Shown here in pieces: positions 14,933 through 28,260 of a stretch of 64,000 nucleotides of DNA. Each line of letters starts with the position of its first letter. Position 1 is the stretch's first letter. The notes under the pieces were generated by a model. The model saw only the letters and a list, made by a program, of their open reading frames with translations, had not been told where the DNA came from and ran no database searches. The stretch is from the human T2T-CHM13v2.0 reference genome, Homo sapiens, in the NCBI RefSeq assembly GCF_009914755.1, contig NC_060926.1. The stretch is one strand, 5' to 3'. The position numbers were made by a program, and so were the translations under genes.

Positions 14933-15150
14933 TCTTAATTGGTTATTTTTGGATTTTTGCATATTGTTCATGAACTGCTTAGTTTAGAGTTTGTGTGTGT
15001 GTCTGCTCTAGTTTTGTCTCTCAAGTTTTGTGAGCCTTTTACAATGTTAGGAAACTGTCCATCTTTTTCTATGCTCTGGAACAGTTCTTACAGAATATAG
15101 AGTCCTGTTCTTTGAAGTTCAGTAGAACTTGTCCATAAAACTTATTTTTT

Positions 15151-15472
<322 letters not shown>

Positions 15473-16005
15473 TTAGAGTTTTTTAGAAAGCCTGATTTGC
15501 TATTTTCTAGGTGCAATTAGTTGGCTTTTTCATCCTTTGGGTATTGTCTGTCCAAGCTTTCTACTTCTTAAATCTATTTGAATAATCCACAGTTTCCTAG
15601 AAGATAATTGTGTTATTTGAAAAACTTTGTAGAGGACGCCTCATCCTACAAGTTTATGTTCTGTGTGTGTGTGTGTTTCCTAAACCATATTTTGTATAAA
15701 CATGTTGCTATTAGTTAAAATTGATAAATATGTTTGTGAGTATAGGCTATCTAAAGATAAGAATACTTCATTTGTAAAAGATAAGCATTTGCTATGTACT
15801 TAAGATGTAAACCTCTAAAATTTTAATTATGCTTATGTAAAACATAACTCATAAGCAAAAGATGGAACTTGTTTATTAGGAGTGTAAAGGCACTAATAAG
15901 ACAATGTGATCTTGAGCCAACTGAGTGTAAGCCATGTTTAAAAAGTGCCTTCCCCAGTTATCTCAAATACCTAACCTGTCACACCAGCAATAAAAAATTA
16001 AGCAT

Positions 16006-18235
16006 TGCCTTTGCATCCTCATAGCTTAGCTCCCACATATGAGTGAGAATATGTGATGTTTGGTTTTCCATTCCTGAGTTACTTCACTTAGAATAATAGT
16101 CTCCAGTTCCAACCAGGTCACTGCAAATGCTATTATTTTTTTCCTTTTTATGGCTGAGTAGTATTCCATGTGTGTATGTGTGTGTGAGTGTGTGTATGTA
16201 TATATGTATTTATATATATCACATTTTATTTATCTACTCATTGATTGATGGACATTTGGCTGGTTCCATCTTTTTGCAGTTGCAAATTGTGCTGCTATAA
16301 ACCTGTGTGTGCAAATGTCTTTTTCATACAATGATTTCTTTTCCTTTCATTAGATACCTAGTAGTGGGATTGCTGGATCAAGCAATAGATCTGCTTTTAG
16401 TTCTTTAAGGAATCTCCACACTGTTTTCCATAGTGGTTGTATTAGTTTACATTCCCACCCACAGTGTAAAAATGTTCCCTTTTCACTGCATCCCCACCAA
16501 CATCTATTGTTTTTTGATTATGGCCATTCTTGCAGGAGTGAGGTGGTATTGCATTGTGGTTTTGATTTGCATTTCCCTGATAATTAGTGATTTTGAGCAT
16601 TTTTCCATATGCTTGTTGGCCATTTGTGTATCTTCTTTTGAGAATTGTGTATTCATGTTCTTAACCCACTTTTTGATGGGATACTTTTTTCTTGCAGATT
16701 TGAGTTCTTTGTTCTTTGTAGATTCTGGATATTAGACCTTTGTTGGATGTACAGATTGTGAAGATTTTCTTCCACTCTGTGAGTTGTCTGTTAACTCTGC
16801 TGATTATTTATTTTGCTGTTATCAGGGGAACCTGCCCCCGATAGTCACGTAGGTTCTTTTCTATTTTCCCTAAGTGTCGGCTGGTCTGAGAAATAAAGGG
16901 AAAGAGTACAAAAGAGAGAAATTTTAAAGCTGGGTGTCCGGGGGACACATCACATGTCAGCAGGTTCTGTGATGCCCCTTGAGCCATAAAACCAGCAAGT
17001 TTTTATTAGTGATTTTCAAAAGGGGAGGGAGTGTACAAATAGGGTGTGGGTCACAGAGATCACATGCTTCACAAGGTAATAGAATATCACAAGGCAAATG
17101 GAGGCAGGGTGAGATCACAGGACCACAGGACTGGGGCAAAATTAAAATTGCTAATGAAGTTTCAGGCATGCATTGTCATTGATAGCATCTTATCAGGAGA
17201 CAGGGTTTGAGAGCAGACAACTGGTCTGACCAAAATTTATTAGGTGGGAATTTTCTCATCCTAATAAGCCTGGGAGTGCTACGGGAGACTGGGGCTTATT
17301 TCATCCCTACAGCTGCAACCGTAAAAGACAGCCGCCCCTGAAGCGGCCATTTCAGAGGCCTACCCTCAGGGATGCGTTCTCTTTCTCAGGGATGTTCCTT
17401 GCTGAGAAAAAGATTTCAGCGATATTTCTCCCATTTGCTTTTGAAAGAAGAGAAATATGGCTCTGTCCCACCCGGCTCACCGGCAGTCAGAGTTTAAGGT
17501 TCTCTCTTGTTCCCTGAACATTGCTGTTATCCTGTTCTTTTTTCAAGGTGCCCAGATTTCATATTGTTCAAACTCACATGCTCTACAAATAATTTGTGCA
17601 GTTAACACAATCATCACAGGGTCCTGAGGTGACATACATCCTCCTCAGTTTATGAAGATGATGGGATTAAGAGATTAAAGTAAGGACAGGCATAGGAAAT
17701 CACAAAGGTATTGATTGAGGAAGTGATAACTGTCCATGAAATCTTCACAATTTATGTTCAGAGATTGCAGTGAAGACAGGTGTAAGAAATCATAAAAGTA
17801 TTAATTTGAGGAACTAACAAATGTCCATGAAATCTTCACAATCCACGTTCTTCTGCCATGGCTTCAGCCAGTCCTTCCATTCGGGGTCCTTGACTTCCTG
17901 CAACATCTGTGCAGAAGCTTTTTGGTTTAATTAAGTCCCATCTATTTATCTTTGTTTTTGTTGTATTTACTTTTGGGTTCTTGACTTTGGGGACTTGGGG
18001 GAAAGGGTGGGGGGTGGAGAGGGATAAAAGACTACACATTGGCTACAGTGTACATTGCTTAGGTGATGGGTGCACCAAAATCTCAGAATGACCACTAAGG
18101 AACTTACTCATGTAACCAAACACCACCTGTTCCCGAAAAATCTATTGAAATAAAAAAATTTAAAAAATGAACCAATCAAAAATAACTGCAACAACTTTTC
18201 AAGACATAGACAACACAATAAGATAGATAAATTTT
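16006..18235 (+). mobile_element. L1PB-type insertion with 5' inversion: inverted part 16006-17981, sense 3' end 17982-~18167, extra 3' segment to 18235
   Basis: The inverted piece ends at rc gagctaagctatgaggatgcaaaggc and the sense piece starts gactttggggac, nearly contiguous in the recalled L1PB consensus; TSD aaaaattaag(c/t)attg at 15993-16007 and 18236-18250. Confidence 0.85.
16820..17905 (-). mobile_element. MER11 solo LTR (HERV-K11/HML-8), ~1.09 kb
   Basis: Reverse complement begins tgttgcaggaagtcaaggaccccgaatggaaggactggctgaagccatggcagaagaacg and ends ttcccctgata; TSD gctgt/tctgt; host L1 reads ttttgctgt|gcagaagc across it. Confidence 0.92.
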
Positions 18236-19931
18236 AAAAATTAAGTATTGAACATCATACCACCTTTTCTGCATCTTCTCCAGAATGCACAAACCTGGGT
18301 GAGAACTCATACATAGGCTATATAGTGATGAGTTATCCCTAAATATTTTACATTTTTGTTGCTATTATAGATAGGTGGTGTTACAAATTTCAGTTTCCAT
18401 TTGTTTGTTTCTGGTATATAGAAATATAACTTTTATATATTGCTCTCGTATCCTGCCCTCTTGGTAAATTTATTCTAGTATTACTAGACCAGTTATAGTA
18501 TAACTATAGCTTTTTTGTAGATTCAATCAAATTTTCTACCTACATGATAATGTCTGCAAACAAAAAATTTTACTTGTTTCTTTTCAATTTGACTGATTTT
18601 ATTTATTTATTTTTCCCCTAGAACTCTAGTACAACATCAGCAGAACTGGTGAGAGAGTACATCCTTGCCTTGTTACTAATCTTATAGGGGAAACATTCAC
18701 CCTTTCTACTTTTGTAATATAGACATTTAATGCTGTAAGTAATTTTCTGTAAGTACAGCTTTAGCAATATCCCACAAATTTTCATATATTGTGTTTCAGT
18801 TTGGTATATTGTGTTTCAGGTATATTTTATTAAGTTCAAAATACTTTCTAATTTCACTTTTGATTTCTTCTTTGAACCCCATGTTATTCAGGAGTGTATT
18901 ATTTAGTTTCTTTGGAGATTTTTCTCTTTTTTTTTTTTTTTTGCTGTTGAGTTTCTTTGATTTCCTGGTATATTCTGGATATTAGTCTCTTGTTGGATGA
19001 ACAGTTTGCAAATTTTTTTTTCCAATCTACAGGTTGTCTCTTCATTCTCTTGATTGTTTCTTTTGCTGAAGGGAAAGTAAACTGACTGTTACTGATTTGT
19101 AATTTAATTTCATTGTCAAAGAATAGTCTTAGTATAACATGAATAGTTTTACATTTGAGACTTTTTTTGTGGCCCAGAATATGGCCAATCTTATTAAATG
19201 TTCCATGTGCAATAGAAAAGAAAGTTTATTTTGCTGTTGTTGCATGGAATATTCTATCACTATCAGTTAGTGAAAGTGTTGGATGATATCAAGTTGGTTG
19301 ATAATGTAGCTGATTTTTCTGCCTACATGTTCTGTCAAGTATTGACACACGGATATTAAAATGTCTGACTATACTGGTGGGTTTGTCTGTTTCTCCTTGC
19401 TGTTCTATCAGTTTTTGCTTCATGTATTTTGAAGCTGTCATATTAGGAGCATAGATATTTAGGATTGTTCTTTCCTCTTGATTAGCTGACCTCTTTATCA
19501 TTATGAAAAGACATTTTTTTCCACAAAAGTCTTTGTTCTGAAATGTACTTTAATAGCATAAATCCTCCAGCTTTCTTTGAATTAGTAGTAGTATGATATA
19601 TCTTTGTCCATTCTTTTACATGTAACCTATTTGCATCTTTATGTTTCACAGTGAGTTTCTTAGAAGCAGCAAGTAGTTGAGTCTTTATATACAATCTGAC
19701 AATGTCTGCCTTTTAATTGGAGTGTTTAGACCATTTACACCTAATGTGATTATTGATATAATGAAATTTGAATATACTTTCTTGCTATGTTTTATGTTTG
19801 CCCCATCTGTTTCTGTTTCCTTTCCTGTTTTTCTGCCTGCTTTTGTTTTAAATGTTTATTTTTTATCTTAACATTTCTGTTAGTTCACTACCTATAACTC
19901 TTCATTTTGTTATTTAGTGATTGTTTTAGGA

Positions 19932-20150
19932 CAAGCTTGTCTAACCCATTGTCTGTGGGCTGCATATGGCCCAGGATGGCTTTGAATGTGGCCCAACATA
20001 AATTTGTAAACTTTCTTAAAACATTATGATTTTTTTGCAACTTTTTTTTTGTTGTTGTTTAGCTCATTAGCTATAGTGTATTTTATGTGTGGCCCACGAC
20101 AATTTTTCTTCCAATGTGGCACAGGAAAGCCAAAAGATTGCACACCCCTG
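19932..20150. mobile_element. MER30 hAT-Charlie MITE
   Basis: caagcttgtctaacc...ggcccaggatggctttgaatgtggcccaac...gccaaaagattgcacacccctg; 8-bp TSD ttttagga/ttttaggg. Confidence 0.88.
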
Positions 20151-21502
20151 TTTTAGGGTTTCTAGTATATATCTGTAACTTATAATGGCCTACCGTCAAG
20201 TGATACTATACCATTTCACATAAGAAGAAGTTTACAGAAGTGTATTTTTATTTCTCTCCTTTCAGTTTTTGTGCTATTATTTTACTCCTACTTCTGTTAT
20301 ATCCTCCACAGTACATTGCTATTTTTGTTTAAATGGTCAATTATTTTGTAAAGATATCCTTTGTTTCTTTGTATAGATACATATTTCCATCTGGTAAAAT
20401 TTTTCTTCGGTCGGAAGGACTTTCTTAATCATTTTTTTGTAGTATGGGTTTACTGGTGATGAATACTTTTGTATATTTGAAAAAGTATTTCACTTTCACT
20501 TTTGAAAGATATTTAAGTATCAAATTCTAGGTTGACCGTTTTTTTTTCCCCTTTCAGCAGTTTAAGCCATCTGCTCTACTGCCTTTTCCCTTCCATTATT
20601 TCTGATGAGAAAACATCATCCTTATCTTGGTTTCTCTGCATGTAACATTTTTTCCTCTCTAGATGCTTTTACAATTTTTTCTGTATCCCTGGATTTGAGC
20701 AATATGATTGTGATGTAGTTTAGTGAATTTTTTCTCATGTAATTACGGTTTGTTGATCTTGGACTTCTGGATTTACACTATTCACTAATTTTGGAAAAAT
20801 TTCAGCCAGTATTTCTTTAAATATTTTTTTCTGATCTCCTCTCCCCTCCTTCAGAGACTCACATTACACATATATTAAACCACTTGGAATTGCCTCACAG
20901 TTCATTGATAATGTATTGTTGTTACTGTTTTCCTACTCCTCCTTCTAGTCCTTTTTCTCTTTTGTGTTTTAGTTTGCATAATTTCTATTGCTATGTCACT
21001 AAGTTCACCTTTCTTTTTTTCTGCAGTGTCTCATCTGTCATTAACCTCATTTTGTATATTCTTCATCTCACACATTATAGTTTTGTATCTAGAAATTTTT
21101 CGAGAACTTTTGTGTCTCTAACATGTTCTTTCCTCTCACGTTTTAAACATTTGGATATAGTTGTAACAACAGTTTTATTGTCCTTGTGTGCTTATTCTAA
21201 CATTTGTGTTGGTTCTGGATTGGTTTCTGTTGATCGATTTTTCTCCTTATTAAAAGTTTTCCCTGCTTATTTGCATGCCTGATAATTTTTTATTTTATGC
21301 CAGATATTGTGATTTTTTTTTCCTCTTGTGGGGGCTGTATATTTTTCTATTCCTACAAATATTATTTAACTTTGTGTTTAATGCAGTTAAGTTTCCAGAA
21401 AACACTTTAATCCTTTTGGGTCTTTTAAAATATGTTAGGAGCAGAACAATATTTAGTCTAGAGCTAATTATTTTCTCTTTTGAGACAAGACCCTTTTAAA
21501 CA

Positions 21503-21637
21503 CAGGTGCTCCTTGATGTAGTTGTTGGCATGTAACCCTGTCCTAAATTGAGGAATATAGCGAATGGGTATCACTTTCATACCACCCTAAAGTTGAAAAA
21601 TCTTAAATTGAACCATAGTAAAGTGAGGACCTTCTGT
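21503..21637. mobile_element. Internally deleted or rearranged MER47/Tigger5-like MITE
   Basis: gaatgggtatcactttcataccaccctaaagttgaaaaatcttaaattgaaccatagtaaagtgaggaccttctg|ta resembles the MER47A end. Confidence 0.55.
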
Positions 21638-21967
21638 ATTCTATTTAACACCTTGTGAATTAAGAAATTTCTCAATCTCACTGGTGCAAACAAGTACCAT
21701 TCTTGCCCTTGTGTGATCTCTCAGTATTGCTCCCTTTAATCCTTTTGGGTGTCCTTCTCCTGGCCTCAGATAGTTTTCTCATATTCATGCACTGATAGTC
21801 CTGATTCCCAGGGGGCACCAACTGCCGATCTATGGAGTTCATTCTCACTACTCTGCCCTGCAAACTCTAGCTGCCTTTGTCTCCCTGGACTTTCCCCTCT
21901 ACTTCTTCAACTTAGAGGGAGTCTACCAGGCCCTACTTGGGTTCCCTTCCCCTATGCCCTGTCCTGG

Positions 21968-22492
21968 TGTGATGTTAGTTAACTTTTTGTGTCAATTTGA
22001 CTGGGTTAAGGGATACTACATAGCTGATAAGACATTATTTCTGGGTGTGTCTGTGACAGCATGACCAGAAGATATTAGTATTGGATTCAGCAACAAAGAA
22101 GATCCACCCTCACCCGTGTAGGTGGGCATCATCCAACCTACCTAGGGCCTGGATAGAACAAAAAGGTAGGGACAAGGTAAATTAAGTCTCCCTTCTGGAG
22201 CTGATGCATCCGTTTTCTCCTGCCCTTAGACATCAGAGTTCCAGGTTCTCAGGCCTTTGGACTGGGTCACTTAACTAGTCCCTATCCAAAACTATCCAAA
22301 CTAACACGCAAAAAGGAAAGAAAGACTAGAAGAAAGGGAGGAGAATACCACCACCAACAACAAATCTTCCGTATCGACGAACTGTGAGACAATCTCAACC
22401 CTCTAGGCCTTCAGACTCAGGCTAAGTTGCAATACTGACTTTCCTGGTTATCTAGTTTGCAGGTAGCATATCATAGGACTTTTCAGCCTCCA
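21968..22492 (+). mobile_element. MLT2-type (ERVL) LTR with an internal foreign insert
   Basis: tgtgatg...tgtcaatttgactgggttaaggga...atttctgggtgtgtctgtg...ggtgggcatcatccaa...ttctcctgcccttagacatcagag. Confidence 0.85.
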
Positions 22493-23211
22493 TCTCTTGA
22501 AACCATTGTTCCATGTATTTTGTCTGGATTTTTAGGTATTTCAGGTGGGCTAGAATCAAATACTAATAGAATACTAATATCTAGTCACTTGAAATACCTA
22601 AAAATACCCAGTCCCTAGGACTCCATCTTAGCTGAAACTGAAATTCCAATAACATTTTAAGTTTCCAAGATTTCTATTTATTTTCTGTTTCATGTGTACA
22701 GGACACCCAGGAATCTCTGAAGATATTATTCAAATTTATTTTTGGTTGTATAATTGACTCTTTTTTTGATGATAATTTGTTGAGTTTGGTGTCTTTCTCT
22801 CATGGGCTTGGTTTTCTTTACATTTTGGACAGTTCTTAGTTGTCTGCTTATGTTTCTTTGCATTTGAGAATTAGTATACATTTCTCTGGGGATACTAGTT
22901 ACATTACTTACTCTGCTTCTTCTCATTGTCTATGATGAGCATCTAAATAGAGTTTGGTGGCAGTTTGTCTTCTGGGTGTGATGTTCCTCATCCTTCTTGA
23001 GGTTAGTTGTTACTTGGGCACTCCCCACAGCATCCTGACAGCAAATACTGCCATTGGCCCCTTGCTCCTAAGCAAAAGCTGGGGATTGAGGAAGTGTCCC
23101 ATCAGCCTGGCTGCTCTGAATTAATTTTCACCTGAATGCCTGGGATCCCCTCATGTACTTTGTATAATAAGATGCCACTGACTTCTGGAGTTGGACTCTA
23201 TTGCCATTTTT

Positions 23212-23512
23212 TTTTTTTTTTTTTTTGAGACGGAGTCTTGCTTTGTTGCCCAGGCTGGATTGCAGTGGCATGATCTCGGCTCACTGCAAACTCCGCCTCC
23301 CAGGTTCACGCCATTCTCCTGCCTCAGCCTCCTGAGTAGCTGGGGCTACAGGCGCCTGCCACCACGCCCAGCTAATTTTTTGTATTTTTAGTGGAGACAG
23401 GGTTTTACCATGTTAGCCAGGATGGTCTCGATCTCCTGACCTCATAATCCACCCACCTCAGCCTCCCAAAGTGCTGGGCTGGGATTTCGGGCATGAGCCA
23501 CTGTGCCCGGCC
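23212..23512 (-). mobile_element. Alu (AluY/Sc-like)
   Basis: ggttcacgccattctcc and ttagccaggatggtctcgatctcc; TSD tctattgccattttt at 23197-23211 and 23513-23527. Confidence 0.96.
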
Positions 23513-25683
23513 TCTATTGCCATTTTTATGATAAGTTTCTGCTACTACTTGGTTTCCTCCAAACTTATTTCTGTGTAGATCTGTGTGCTCTTTTAAAATC
23601 GAGAGTTTGTCACAATTTCTGCCCCTCTGTTAGCACTTTTTGTTTGTTTGTTTTCCATTGTTACTATGGACATCTTCTTTCAGAAATGTTTATCTTTTCT
23701 GACATGGGTATAAGGAGATGTAGACACATGTTCAATTATATAATGTTTCGTTATATGATGATACACTCTAACTCATTAACCAGCCATTATTAATAAAATA
23801 TTTAAGTGATGTACAGTGTGTATAAGGTATAATGAACATTCTTGAACATATATTTTTAAATAATTATGTAAATGTTAATGTGTAAGCTCTAAAACATAGT
23901 TTATTTGATTTGTTTACATTCCATTTAAACACTAAAGATATATAATAGTCACTTTATTCTCACATACATACTGATGAGGGTGTATTGGAGGAAAAAGTAT
24001 TATTGATTTCATTTTGAAAAATAGTGTTTTTTCCCCCTGACTCCTACCTTCACTCCCCATTAGTGAAGAATAGTCAAAGACAATACCTTAAAAAAAGAAA
24101 CAACAACAAAAAAACAAAGAAACCAAAAAAACCTTCAAATGTACTAAGTAATTTGAAAACTTTACCAAATATGTCAAATTACTAAGATATTAACCTAGGT
24201 GATGGATTAATTTATACCAAATATTTAGAGCAATGTCCTAAGTTTGGTGTGATGTCCTAAGTACATTAGTCAGTACTTTTCTGATTTTCACACCCAAATA
24301 TTTAATATGTGAAATTTCCATGATTATTGAGTAGAAATATGTGGGTTCCAGAGGGGAGAGCATACTTATATCTCTCTGCTCCCAAATAACATGTGTAGTT
24401 TGTTAATGTTGAACACGTTATTTTATTTTGGTTTAATCATACGTTCAAAGAAAATACCATTCACAGTTGTTTCTGGAGGATTAGCTCCTTGTTGTTTTCT
24501 CATTACCTGAAGTTTAAAACTAAACTTAACAAAAGTAGTCTTAAAAATAATGTGTAAAAAAAAAAAAAAAAAAACGCTCAATATAAGTTAAACCAGAAAA
24601 CTAATTTTATAGTGATTTTTTCTTTAATTAAAAAATGTTGACTTACCAAGTTTAATGTAACACACTTTCATCAGTGTAACGTTTCACTCCTATAAAATTA
24701 GAGATAATTAAAAATAAGACTGAGGTTTTTTTTTTAACTTTTTGTTATACACATTTAGTTTGAACTCCTTGTCCTAATTACTTGTTTCTGTTGAACAAGT
24801 AAGTAATATACTTAAGGATGCTATTGGGATCTTGTACAACAAACAGAGAATCTGAAAGACAAGACGGAAATGTCATCTAGAAAAAACATATGAGAGAATC
24901 TCTTTATTGACCACACATGTAATCTCAAAGTGAAAGTTAATGAAATTTAGGCAATTAATGCATTTTTTTTAATGTATAGGCTTTTAAATGGAAAAAAATT
25001 ACTCTGTCTAGATGTTTATCATGATAAATAGTTGATGTTTTCAGTAGACTGGAAAATTAGTTAACAACCTATGATATATTCCAGAATAAAAGGCCATCAT
25101 TGTGTAAACACTAACGCATATTCATATAATGTAAGTCCGCTGAATCATTCATTGGCAGTCATTTGACATGATGTTAATAGTTTTTTCTAACTGAGTAGGT
25201 TTCCATTATTTGTTCCCTTCGAGAATTTAGAAGTGCTGAATTTTCATTGGATAGCATAGGAAGCATTATTTTAGCAAGATCTTCAATACCCATGTAGTCT
25301 TTATTTCTCAGTATCATATTCTTATTTCATCACTAGAATAATACTCTTGACAGTTAAGTTCTAATCAGGTTTCATGTTTACATTCTCCAAAGTGCTTATT
25401 TTCATTCATTCAATAAACACCATTTATTTTCCAGGGACTGTGCCAGGTGAGTACTCTGGATAAAGAACTGCTGACTAGTTCACTGCCCCGTATCTGCAGG
25501 AGCCTACTTGTTGAGCATATGGTAAGTGCTTGACAAATAGTTATTGAGTGAACTTAGGTCATGGAAAAATCCCCAAATATTGTGAATTCAAACAACACAC
25601 TTCAAAATAGTCCAGGGTCAAAGACAAAAATCACAAAACAAATTAGAAAATATTTTGAATTTAGAAGTAATGAAAATACAATA

Positions 25684-26106
25684 CAGTTGACCCTTGAACA
25701 CCATGGGGTTGTTCGGTGTATAGTCAAAAATCTACATATAACTTTGTACTCCCCTAAAACTTAACTACTAATAGGCTGCTGTTGACTAGAAGCCTTATCA
25801 ATAATGTAAACAGTAAATTAACATGTATCCTGCATGTTATGTGTATTACATACTGTATTCTTACAGTAAAGGTAAGTTAGAGAAAACGGTATGAAGAAAA
25901 TCATAAGGAAGAAAAAATATATTTACTATTCATTATGAGGAAGTGGATCATCCTAATGATCTTCATCCTTGTCTTCATGTTGAGTAGGCTGAGGAGGAAG
26001 GAAATAAGGGGTTGGTTTTGGTGTCTCAGGGGTGGCAGAGGCAGAAGAAAATCCATATGTAAGTGGGCCTGTGATGTTCAAACCCATGTTGTTCGAGGGT
26101 CAACTG
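25684..26106. mobile_element. Tigger2a/MER28-type TcMar MITE
   Basis: TIRs cagttgacccttgaaca and tgttcgagggtcaactg with TA target duplication at 25682-25683 and 26107-26108. Confidence 0.9.
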
Positions 26107-26514
26107 TATGTCCAAATTTGTGGGATTCAACTAAAGCAAAACCTACAGAGAAAATGCTGTATTAGAAAAGAACAGTCTATAGTCAATGATCTCAGCTTCT
26201 ACTTTTATAATCTGGAAAAAAGAGCAATTAAACTTTAAGTACTATGAAGGAAATAATAAAAAAAGTGGAAATCAATAAAATGGGAAATGGATAAGCAAGA
26301 GAGAAAATAAGTAAAACCCCAAATGGCATAGAAAAGAGGGACACAATAGAGAAAATTAATAAAACTCTAGATAATTCTAAGGTAGAGAATGGTGGGAGAT
26401 AAATAGGCTTTTAGGCAGATGGTTATGGAACAGCATCATTGTGGAAAAAATAAACTTTAACTCTTAGCTATACACAAAAATTAAAATGTATTATAGATCT
26501 AAATACAAAAGTTA

Positions 26515-26907
<393 letters not shown>

Positions 26908-28046
26908 CTATGTAGGTTACAAAAATATTTATGAAAAAACTTTGAAAATTGGACTTAATCAAAATTTAAAACTTTTGCTCTTCCAAAGACAATAAATTAA
27001 AAAAGGCTTACCATAGGGGAAAGTTTTGCAATAATATAGCTGATAAAGGTCTTGTATCCAGAACAACAAAGAACTCAGAAATTAGTAAAAAGCCAACTAA
27101 AAATACAAGGTTAAAAGATGAGCAAAAGACTTAGGCATTTTACAAAAAAAATGCATGAATGACCAATAAATGCATGAAGAAAAAGCTTAATTATATTAGT
27201 CATCAGGGAAATGTAAATTAAATCACAATGAAATGTCATCACACACCTATTGAAATGACTAAAATAGAAAAGTTTGATAATATGTGTTGAGAAGGACATG
27301 AAACAATTGAAATTCTCATTCACTGCTAGTGGGAGTGTAAATTGGTGCAAGCACTTTAGGAAACTGGCTGTTTCTTAAAAATATATTTACTATATGATTC
27401 AGTAATTCTACAGCTAAGTACCCCAGAGGAATGAGGCCATGTCCATGCAAAGATTAATGCCTGGGTGTTCACAATAGCTTAATTCATAGTATCCCACAAT
27501 TAGAAAAAAGTCCAAAAGTCCATTTACAGGTGAATAGATAAATTATGGTACCTTTAAACAATAGGACACTACTCAGTAAAAAAAGTAACGAACAACTGTT
27601 ACTTGCAACAGTCTGGGTGAATCCCTAAACCATTACATATGCTGCAGGTAAGAGGGCAGACATGAAAGTACATTCTCTATGCATATATAAATTTTACAAT
27701 ACACAAAGTTAATCTATAATGACAGCAGATCAAGGGTTATCTGAGGTCAGATTTTTGTTGTTGTTGGTTTTCTTTTTGTATTGAATGTATAAGGCACTTG
27801 GGGGGGTAATGGAAGAATTCTATATATTGGTTTTGATGTTTATAAGATGTACACATTTGTCAAAATTCACCAAACTTCATTTTATTGTATGTAATTATAC
27901 CATAATAAAGTTGATTTAAAGAAATGAATTGGGTGACACTTTCTTCTGTTCCCTGAAATTTATATAAGATAAACATTGCAAGCTAAGTTATTTTTTTACT
28001 TTTTTGGTTTTTTTGGTTGTTATTGTTTAGTACCTCTCCATTCAGC

Positions 28047-28260
28047 CAGGGATCACAAACTCAGTTCAGAAGCCACATATGTAATGAATAGAATGAGACC
28101 GACTAGTTATTAGACAAAAGGCATAGCAGGGGCTGTGCCAAAGTGGATAATGCATCCCTGTACCTTAAGGCATTAAAGTAAAAGAATTAAAACAACCTGC
28201 CTGCCAAACCAAAATGTCTGTAGGCAATATTCAACTGGTTGACCATCATTATGCATCCAT
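28047..28260. mobile_element. Ancient hAT-Charlie (MER102-like) remnant
   Basis: cagggatcacaaactca...ggggctgtgccaaagtgga...gccaaaccaaaatgtctg; weak match to a recalled consensus. Confidence 0.4.

Larger units (their letters stand above)
18330..21960 (-). mobile_element. Old L1 (L1MC/ME-type), including an ORF2 endonuclease remnant and 5' region
   Basis: ORF 19289-19501 (-) reads IKRSANQEERTILNIYAPN...YMKQKL, matching the L1 endonuclease domain. Confidence 0.82.
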
